NCBI GenBank assembly: GCA_004431415.1
Contig: QPMI01000463.1
Span: 1-49,215, forward strand
Reading direction: 5' to 3'
Origin: Cyanophora paradoxa CCMP329
Lineage: Eukaryota; Plantae; Glaucophyta
Length of the DNA: 49,215 nt
Positions 39,601-49,215 of this stretch are shown here, one piece after another; within the stretch, counting starts at the first letter, position 1; every line of letters begins with the position of its first letter. A model generated the notes under the pieces. The model searched no databases and was not told the DNA's origin. It saw only the letters and a list, made by a program, of their open reading frames with translations. Both the position numbers and the translations under genes were made by a program.

Positions 39601-42600
39601 GCATCAGTGATCAGCATTGCGCACCGCTACTACGAGTACATCGACTCGACCACGGGCAACACGGTGACAATGACTAACGTCGAGCTTCAGGAGCACTGCC
39701 GCCTCTGCACAACGCCGCCGTACATGGAGTTCGTCCGCAATTGCCCCGTACCGTCGCCAACCTCACGCCAGCGCACGCCGTACCCGAGTACTCTGCGACC
39801 TGACGATGCACCGGCGGACATCACGCTCGACGCTCTGTACGGAGTGACGATGGAAATGAAGACGCTCTTCCTGCGGATTATCGGTCTGTTAATGGATATC
39901 ACCCCACAGGGAACGACGTCTTTGACGGGGAACGACGACTGGCCTCGGGTCGCTGACATCTTCCTTAACGTCGACGTCGGCCCCTTCACCGTCCGCGCCA
40001 GCACCCTCCGGCCTGGCGTTCGCGACGCGAGTACTGGACCGATAGGCACTCGGCCAATCATTCTCGCCCCGGGAGTTGTCAACACCTCTGGGCAGGACAC
40101 GTCCCGACTCGCGCGAACGACTGTGAACGCGTCGCTTCCCGTCTGCTTGTCGGCACCGGCGTTCTACCATGCTCACGCGTTAATGCACCCCGTCGATGAG
40201 CCGAACACGCGCCTCGGCCCGACACCAACTGATCTTCTGCCCTACCCGGTGCCTGAGACCACGGTCGCTGCAGCTGGGGGAGTGAGCCGCAAGTTGGCGT
40301 CGATTTACGTCGCTGCCGTTCTACACGACTGGCCGGCTCGACAGCGGGACAAGATTAAGCCGCATCTCACTCTCCGAACCAACGACGTCGACATGGAGTA
40401 CTTGCGACTCGCCGCCGAGAACGCGCGACTTCGGGACCCGACGCAGTTTTCGGCGAGGTACCTCGAAGTCCACAACGTGTTGACAGACATCCTTCGTCGC
40501 CGCACGCCTGGAACGCCGTCCCCGACCACTCCGCCCGACAAGCACGCGCAGCTGCTGGCCGACGAACAGCTCGCACGTGAACTGCAGGCTCGCCTCGACG
40601 CCGAAGCTGCCAAGGGAGAGGACCCGGTGCAGGCCGCGGCGCAAGCCCCCTACTTGCAGGCTGCAATCGGTGGTATTGCTCGTGGCCGCACCATGGACGC
40701 CCGTCGCCGTACTGCGGCAGCACAGGCTCCACCGCGCCAATCGGCGAGGCACGGGGGAACGGTCAGGGGCCGCGGCCGCGCGCTCCCGATTCATACCAGC
40801 CGGCCCCAGACCCCGGGCAACCCTCACTACCACGACGACGACATGACGTGCCCAACGGCACCGGTGACACCGCCGACCGACGCCCCGGAGCCCCGGCCCC
40901 GCGGAACGACCCACCCCCTGCGCCCGAGGTGACGGCCTCGTCGACGGACACTCCGGACGCCCAGCCCGTTGCACCCGCGACGACGACTCCGGACGCCCAG
41001 CCCGTTGCACCCGTGACGACGACTCCGGTGGCCCCGACGCCCGCTCTCGAGACGCCGGTCTCGTCGACGGCCGCTCGAGATGCTTCGCCCATCGCACCGG
41101 CGATGGCGACCTCGCTGACGACCCCGCACAGCGTCCCGTCCCCCACGGCCGTGGCTGCGGTCTCGACGGCCCCGTCGCCTGCGCCTGAGCTACTGGCCCC
41201 GTCCGACGCCCCGCCAGCCCCGGCCACGACTGTGACGGCGGCCCCGCCGCAGAGCCCGGCCCAACCCCCGATGCTGCCGATCCCGTCACTTCACCCCGAC
41301 TACACTGCACCGACCGACGCGTCGATGCCTGACTCGACGACTGCCGACTCGTCGGGCACTGAGAGGACCGAGGACGTGCCCATGGGCGACCCGCGCGTTT
41401 CGAGGGGGATCATCGTCGACACGCCGACCTTGCCGAGCCCTCACGACGACCGTGACAGTCCTCCTGACACCGACGAAGACATGTCCAGCGACTCGGAGCC
41501 CGAGATCAAGGACGTGGCCGCCGACCTTGGACACCGCCACGCCTGGACGATCCTTCGCCTCAAGCCCGTGGTGCACAACCAGCTGCGTGCGTACCTGGAC
41601 ACGCCGCGACGCTTCATGGTCACAACGACGACGACGGATTGGCGCAAGACCCCTGAGACGCCGACCCTCTTCGCCGCCAGCGAGCTCACGAGCTGCATGC
41701 ACCTCGCAGCTGCCCGCAGCAACACGCCTACTGGGCAACCGTTGCTGGGTACTCGCCCGAGTGACCAGGCTCACTACCTCCTTCAACATCTGACCGAATT
41801 CCGCTCCGTCATCCACGTCATCATGCGCCTCGCGCGGGCTCAGCCCTTCGCGCCTGGGAGACGGCGACCACGTGGCCTCACCCGAACGACCCGCTCGCCG
41901 ATGTCCTCGGACGGCCAGAGATGCTGGAGCTGTTTGGTTTGACACCGACAGAGTTCACTCTTGTACACCAGTCCAAGACTCCAGTCGTACCGTGCATCCT
42001 TCAGGTGGCTGTCAACCTTGCCCGCAATCTCCGGACGCTGCACTACGACGTGGAGATGACGGAGAGCGATGAACGGTTCTTGAACTTCGACAAGATCACG
42101 AACACGGCGACGCGCCTTGCAACAATCAGGCAACTGGTCCAAACTGTCAAGTTCACGGCCCCGCTCACAGGACCTGACGACATCTATCTGTCTACGCTTC
42201 GACACGGTTCACCGCCGCCCGACATCGCCTTGTCGATGCGTTCGACGGCCCTGGCGCGGGCGTGGGACATCGCTGCATACTTCGACCATTACAAGTGGGA
42301 CGAGACGCGCGACCGCTACGGGGATAGCCGATTTGCTCACCTCTACGACGTTCGTGACCCAGCACCGAGCTCCGACCGTCCATGGCCGACGAGTCACGCG
42401 CCGTTGCTGTCAATGCTCACCGAGCAAGTCGAGAACGTACTCCGCCTCGTCAACATCACAGCCGACGTCGAGGGCCCCGGCAACTTCCTGCGCCGTTACT
42501 ACACGTCCCGTTTCAACCCGAAATCCGACGCGAACCCGGCTACGAACCTGCGGGCGACCGCCGAGCTCGCGGAGGAGATCCGGCTGAACAGCCAGTTAGC

Positions 42601-45600
42601 AGTGGTCGCGGCACGCGATGTCCATCGTCTGCGCACGCCCCCCGTCAGCGAGTCCGACCTACACCACTGTCTTCGGCACGGACTGTCCCGTCACCGCTCC
42701 GGCGTCCTCCCCTCAAATTTCACGAACGTCGTCGCCGCGTCTGTCACGGAGACGACTGCGCTGGCAAGGCTCGCCGAGCTACATGACACCACCGTTGTCG
42801 CGATGTCAATCACTACGTTCATGCACAAGCGTCAACTCGCCAAGAAGGGCAAACCGATCCGTCTCGAATCGCGACTGCACGCCCCCGTCTTCACCCCGAA
42901 GCAGCCCGAGCCAGCTGTCGAGCTCTATTACAACTCTGACCGTTACATAATGGTGCACCCTGAAGAGGCGGCGCTCCTGGCGTGCAAAACTGCGTGGCGC
43001 TCCATATCCTCCAGCTGACTCTCGAGGCCATGCGTCGCGCGTACAAGCTCGAGACGGAGTCAAGCACTCGTACTGCGAGCAAGCTTGCTTTCGGCCTCGT
43101 CGCTCGACTCGACACTGCACTTAGCAAGGCTACGACCACCCAGCGCTTGGCGGTAACACGGGCCTTCCTCCTGGACGCCGAGCATCGATTGAATCTGTTC
43201 TACTGCATGCTTTACCCGCGCTACCGCGATCACCTACTCCCTGTCCTCCCCAGTCCGATGGTACCCGTCACCGACCCTCTCGCCGTCCCGGTCCCACGGC
43301 CCCCTGAGCGCGACGTTGACGAGTACGGATACCTGACACAGTGGACGTCGGACGGCATCGACATCTTGCCTCGCGTTCCTGACTGGGATTCCCTCGTTGG
43401 ACTTGTCGACGACATGAGCAAGGACACTTTCTGGAACTCCAACACGTACTTCGGGCTTCGCGCCCGCGCTATGGTCTACGGAACAGAGCGCAAGCGCCCC
43501 CGCGAGAAGCGACCGAATGACGAGAAGTTGCAGAAGAAGGAGCGCAAGGCCGCCCGGCTCACTCCCGAGGAGGTCGACTCCATCATCTCCAGAATTTTGA
43601 GCGAACTCCACACTGTTCCTTTCAAGGAGGTGCTACTCTCGGAGAACGCTGACATTCCTGACGTCTATTTCTGGGCCTTCCTCAACGAGGAATGGGCGAA
43701 GGGCTTCACGGTCGTCGACGGCGCTGGCTACCAGCACGGAGTGTGGCCGGATCTGAGCGGCGTGATGGTCCGACGGGAACCGCGACCTGATTCGACGGAG
43801 AACGAGCGCGACACGTTCTATGCGGGTTTTGGACGGCGCAACAATCACATCAACGGGGAATTATTCGCCCAAACGATCAACGACTGGTACCCAATCCGTC
43901 TCCACAATCCTCGCCCCCCACTCCCGTACGGCATGCGCACATACAGCCCGAGGAGACGCGAGCTGGAGGTGACTTCCTACCTCTGGATACTGATCCGGGA
44001 CGGGATACCTCCTATCACATCTTCATGACACCGCTTCTCTTCACGAACACGGACTTCCTGGCCACAGCGTACTGCAAAACGATCCAGGAACATGGGCGAC
44101 ACGCGCCCCACATCTTCGCCGTCGCGGCTCACATCCTCGGAGGCCCAGCCCCGTTCGGACAGACGGCTGATCTGACCGAGGAGCTCACTGTGGAGGACGG
44201 GCACAGACCGGAGGAGCTCCCGGAGCCGCCGCCGGTCGAAGAGCTGGAGGGAATCCCGACTCGGGACCCACCCCCAGTTCATCCCGCCACCACGACAAAG
44301 AAGTACATGCACGTCCTAGGTGAGGTCCACATGCCATACGTGCTACTCGGCGACTCTGGTCTTGAGGCATTTCTCCGGCGCGTCCCGTACATGCGCCCAT
44401 TCCTCATGAAGATGCACGTACGCTGGTCGAACTTCTCGCGAGCACTCAGTCGTGTCCTACGCTACGGCGTCGGCCCCGGCACCTACCCGTACCGCGCCGG
44501 TGCTCCCGGCCATGGCGAACTCAGCCAGCACAACCGCGCGGGCCTGCCCTTCCGATCGTTCCTGATCACGGCCGCCGACGAGTTCCACCCGGCCAACAAG
44601 TATGCCGACTACTTCGACTGCATCTACGACGAGGACAACCACGCGCACCTCCGTGACTCCGCTTCACGTCAAGATGTCGAACGATGCTTCTACGAGATTG
44701 CCATGCCCGACGACCTCAACGCGCCGCCCATGACTCTTACGCCGGCCAATGCTGACCTGTGCGGCCCTCGAATCGTCCGATTCACGCACGTTGCACCGGC
44801 CGGACCCAGCCGCGGTGCCCCCAACACGATCCAGAACCGCTCGCACATCACTATCTTCGACGCGAACAACCGGAACACCTGGCAGCAGATCATCGCGGGC
44901 ACGAGGAAACCCCAAACGAGGCGGCGGGGCCGCACCCGTGCGGCCCCGACCCCAAGTACTTCCCGGTGTCCGTCAATGACTACACTGGCCCTGGGGGCGT
45001 CGTCGTGTCTCTGCGTCGTCGCGGGCCCACGGGCACCGCGCCTGCAACGCCCCCGTCGTCCACCAGGTCCTGGGGTTCCCGCTTTCGGTACACACTTGGG
45101 TGTACGGAATCGCAGCGTACCTGGCGGCGGCAGTCAAGCTGCACGGTGCCTTGTCGTTCTTCCTCGAGCCCCTACCGGGGGAACTCGGGAACATCATCAT
45201 CGACTACGTTCGTAGCCACGAGGATGAGCTGCACTTCCGCTTCACGGCTTCAGGCGAAGTGGCGCGCAGTGCCAAACTCGACAAATGGTACGAGGTCGAG
45301 TACCCTGACTGCGAACGCGTCGACCCGGCACATTTAATCACAGCCTTCGAATCCCTACTGCACAAGGCAACCAACGACTGGTTGGCGGTCCAGATCAAGC
45401 ACGAGACACCCCGGCGGCTCGCGAAGATGTCGACATGGATCGAAACCACTGCTGCCCGTAGCATTCCGACTCCCGGATGGAGTCATCAACGCACTCAACG
45501 CCCAAGTCCGGGGCGCTGACTTCGATCCCACGAACGATCCGTCACACCCGCATCGTCCAGTGTCTATGACGTCAACGCGAGCGCAGTGCGCAACGCTATT

Positions 45601-47430
45601 ATGGATTTCGAACAGCGATACGCCGACATACACGAGCAATTCCGTCACGCCGAATATGGCAACTTCACATTCGATCCATTCTACAATGAATTCGGCGCCG
45701 CCATCTTCAGTCGCGAACCGCAGGCGCGGGCGCTACTCCACGGTTGGTTGGAACAATTCGTTTACAATCACGCCACCGTCGACGCGGCGACGAGGCGGCC
45801 CATCACGTTCACTAGCCGCGAAGCCTACCGGGCGGTACAGATCGTCGACGTCCTCCCCCTGCGTCACTCCCTGGGCGATCCGGACAACGACAGCCTCCTT
45901 CGTCAGATCCCCACATTTACATTGGTCACGGCCCCCACGGCGCGCCTGTCGACCCGTACGAAGGCCGCACGCGCTTCACTAACATCATGAACTACATCAC
46001 TACGACGAAGGCAGAGGAGTCGCGCGCGTACATTTGGACCCGCGCCTCGACGGCAAGATCAAGCTCGTGGGCACGGACGAGTACATTCGTCGGAACCCTG
46101 GATGCGCGCAAGCCCTTTGTCCGACCCTTCGTCGTCTGGTCGACCGACTTCAAGGATCTGCGCACCAACGAGCCGACGGGACTGGCACGCTTCGGTCACA
46201 TCCAGGTGTTGTCTTCAAGCCATCTGGCAGTAACAGGCCTCCGCGTCGTAGTCCTACGGGGACCGAGACGACGGGAACCTCTGACGGCGACGACTCCAGC
46301 TCGGACAGTGGTGGCTCCACCGCCGAGTCCGTAGCTCCATCGGAGACCCGTCGGCCGGGACGCCGAGCCTAGCCTCGCGCGTGCAGTCGTCCGCGTTCGC
46401 CCCCACGGCCTCCTTGGACCGCTCACACGGCAGCACACGTACACGATCGCATACAACGACCTCACTAATCCAGGACGTCGACGGATCTCACGATGGGCTG
46501 CTGGCTCCTCTACTCTGGACGGGGACCGGACTACGAGCGGATCACGTCCGCGCGATACCGTGCCTTCGAGGACCCTGAATTCGCTGCCAGTTATCACTTG
46601 TACGACTGGTCGCCGCTTCAGCGGTCTCACCAACTCAACGCCCACGCAATCCTGGAGACGCTCCACGAGATCGAGAACTTTCGGTGGGATTTCACAACCT
46701 CTCAGGGCCTGTCAGCCGACCTCGCTTTCACTCGCGCCTTGTTCACTCGGGCGGCCTTCATCCTCAATTCAATCGGCCTCGCGGCGTGGGACGTGGTCCT
46801 CCACAATGACTTCCGTAGTCATGACGCTCAACGGACACGTTTCTACGAGCGGCACGTACTCCAACGCGACACGCGCCTCCGCCACGCTTGGCCCAACTCG
46901 TCAAATATCTCCGGCGTCTCTCTCGCGCCACCGCGAAGCCATCCCGTTCCGATCCCCCGGAGAGCCTGGCTACCGGCCGGCTGAACGACGGGATGGCGCA
47001 GCGGGGACCGAAGTTGACGCGATCAACGAGATTCACTATGGCTGGCCCAGCAACCGCCACCTCAACAAGCTCGCAAACGCCGACTGCAAGCCCATCCTTG
47101 GCGTCGGATACTTTTCAGCCACAATGCGCATCACCGCCCCGCTGCGTCTGTCGGCAGCTCCCTGCAGGGCACGCCCATTCGCCGCGACGGACGTCCTCAT
47201 GAACGTGCACAGGCGGACAACCACGCGGAAGCGACCTCGCCTCAAGCGGACGGCACCGCTCCGCCAGCCAGCGTCATCTCCGGTTCGACACCGTGCACAC
47301 CGTATGAGCAGAGCTACTCGCCTCGCTTCGCGTCTGCGCGGCACGCATGTTGGATTTGACGACGTCGAGGACCCCTTGACGTTCCCCTCTTCGGCGACGG
47401 CGGCCCGTCAGTACCACACCCCATTGCGCG
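36643..47430 (+). CDS. Giant uncharacterised polyprotein region, broken by many frameshifts into ORFs at 36829, 40848, 41921, 42982, 44025, 44759, 45100, 45586, 45987, 46034 and 46493
   Basis: Long, abutting or overlapping + strand ORFs with protein-like composition and C/G-ending codons. Successive ORFs mostly step by -1 frame. Confidence 0.6.
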
Positions 47431-47479
47431 AATGACGGACACGAACCGCACGCTCAGAGAGCGCATCAACGACGGCCGA

Positions 47480-47860
47480 ATCTGCGTCAACTTGCACATC
47501 GCCGCTATCGATCACCGACGACAAGTCCTTCAATACCTCCTCACCAAGCATGGTGGATACAGGAGCCGCTGCGGACGTACTCGACGGCAGTATCGCCGAC
47601 AAACTGCCAGGCCTTCGCTACAGCAACGCTCCGCGCGTGCACCTCACCGGCTTTGGAACGGACATGACTGCCTATGCGCGCATCGCATTCATTGCAATTA
47701 AGGTGGTCCGTCACAATTCCGCGGAAGGTCCTCGTCGTCGCGCCTGTCTCATGGCAACACTCCAATGCTACTCGGCCTCACAACGCTGGTGCGCTCACGC
47801 TCACATCGTGCTCGACCCAGCAAATTGGGAATGACGATCACGTCGCCTGACTCCTCGGAT
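47480..47860 (+). pseudogene. Retropepsin-like aspartic protease domain (frameshifted)
   Basis: MVDTGAAADVL catalytic motif, then HLTGFG, and a later MLLG motif in another frame. Confidence 0.75.
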
Positions 47861-48899
47861 GGCGAACGATTCCACGTCCCTTTTCGCTGCGGGCCAGCAC
47901 GACGGCGGCGTTCTGGTCCGATTGCGAAGGACATCACTGTACGGCCGGGTGAATCGCTCGTTCGATGTACATGCCACAAACGACTTCGAACACGACTCTC
48001 GGCGCACCGAAGTCCTCCTCACTCCGCCACCACTCTCCTCGACGACGACGGCTTCGACGGAGCGACGAAGTCGAATTCTTGTGCCATACCAATTCACCGC
48101 AACCCAGCACACGGCACGTTTTTCGTGCAATCTGCAACCCTCACAGGCGCCTGTCGCCTGCGAGCCGGAACTGTGATTGCGGAGACTGAATTCGGGACTT
48201 GGCGGAGTCCGAATTCGTCCACACGAGAATGTCGAGACCTACCCCAAGGGTGTTACAGCTCCTGGACACCTCAACAACAACTGACATTCCGATCTCTCCG
48301 TAGCCGCGCAAATCTATGAGAACTTCAAGCCTGTTGTCGTACCCCGACGCTCGCAACCACGGCGCTACATCTCCCGAGCCGACGCCTCTACCGGAGGTCT
48401 ACCACCGACGACCGCCCAACCAACTGCAAGGAGGCGAGGCGCGCATGTGGCTCCGTCGATGCTGCTGCCGACATCCCGCTATCCACGAGGCCAGCGAGCG
48501 TCTCATGTCGTACGTCGCACGTTCGTCACCCCTTACACTCTGCGAACCGCGATCACTTCAACGACAAGAGCTCATGGAGCTGGCCAGTTTCTTCGAGCCT
48601 CACTTCGCCCGCTTCGACTCCGACCGATGCTGGTTGCCCCGCAGTTCGGCCCCACGGTGCCATCGCGTCCGTCAAGCCGACGCTCGAATGGAGCCCCCGT
48701 CGAGTGACACTGCGCCTCCTACAAAGCCATCGCCGAGACCATCAAGGCGATGGTGGACGCCCTGTTAAACCATCGGAGTCGAACCCCGACGCCTTCCGAG
48801 GATCGCACTCAACTCCAGAACCTTCTCACGCAACGCAGCACTGCTTCGCCAGAACATCAATCCACGCGAGCTCCTGAAGTAAACACAGCATCCGACTTC

Positions 48900-49215
48900 T
48901 GCCCGGCGTCCCCGCCAAGCACTCCGCTGTACACGTCCTCGCCGCTCTCTCCGCCTGCGGAGAAGGCTGCGAAGGCGGAAATCGAGAAGCTGCTACGCGA
49001 CGGTCTCATCGAGCCTTCGCAAGCTGGTTTCGGCAGCCCCGTGTGGTGCTGGCACCGAAGAAGGATGGCACGATGCGATTCTGCGTCGACTACAGGAAGC
49101 TCAATTCCCTCACGAAACGTGATGTCTTCCCGTTGCCACGCATTGAGACCAATTGGAGCGCCTACGGTGCGTGCCACGTTCTCGACTGGCGACGCAACGT
49201 CGGTTTCTGGCAGTT
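48900..49215 (+). pseudogene. pol: Ty3/Gypsy reverse transcriptase N-terminus (frameshifted, truncated by the window)
   Basis: [66 protein letters not shown]. Confidence 0.9.

Larger units (their letters stand above)
32771..49215 (+). mobile_element. Very large Ty3/Gypsy-type LTR retrotransposon, truncated by the window end
   Basis: gag with CCHC knuckles, aspartic protease, then a Ty3/Gypsy RT N-terminus, all on the + strand in PR-RT order. Confidence 0.75.

Overview
GC-rich, intron-containing eukaryotic host DNA carrying two large mobile elements. (1) A complete endogenous Polinton-like virus (Maverick/Polinton-PLV type) of 24,181 bp at 5533..29713. It has ~934/941-bp terminal inverted repeats (TIRs) and a perfect 6-bp target-site duplication (TSD, GAGGAG), and it sits inside a locally repeated hairpin motif. 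Core genes: double-jelly-roll major capsid, two head-to-head penton-like proteins, A32-like packaging ATPase, rve integrase with a D-D-N triad, and a 1436-aa protein fusing a putative vOTU-like protease, a B-family polymerase, an SF1 helicase and an HNH-like domain. Accessory genes: three fibre proteins with phage-tail-like motifs (one with a C-terminal transmembrane segment), a patatin-discoidin fusion (two 1-nt frameshifts), a prokaryote-type S-adenosylmethionine decarboxylase, tandem DUF5710, an AT-hook protein and a Zn-finger gene duplicated inside the TIRs. It also has a shared upstream motif (TATTTTCTCCG) and two adjacent 32-bp palindromic arrays. (2) From ~32.8 kb to the window end, an unusually large Ty3/Gypsy-type LTR retrotransposon: candidate LTR, gag with two zinc knuckles, ~11 kb of unexplained coding sequence, then protease and the start of RT. 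The left flank holds a host gene family with conserved short introns. All family assignments come from motif recognition by eye; no database searches were run.
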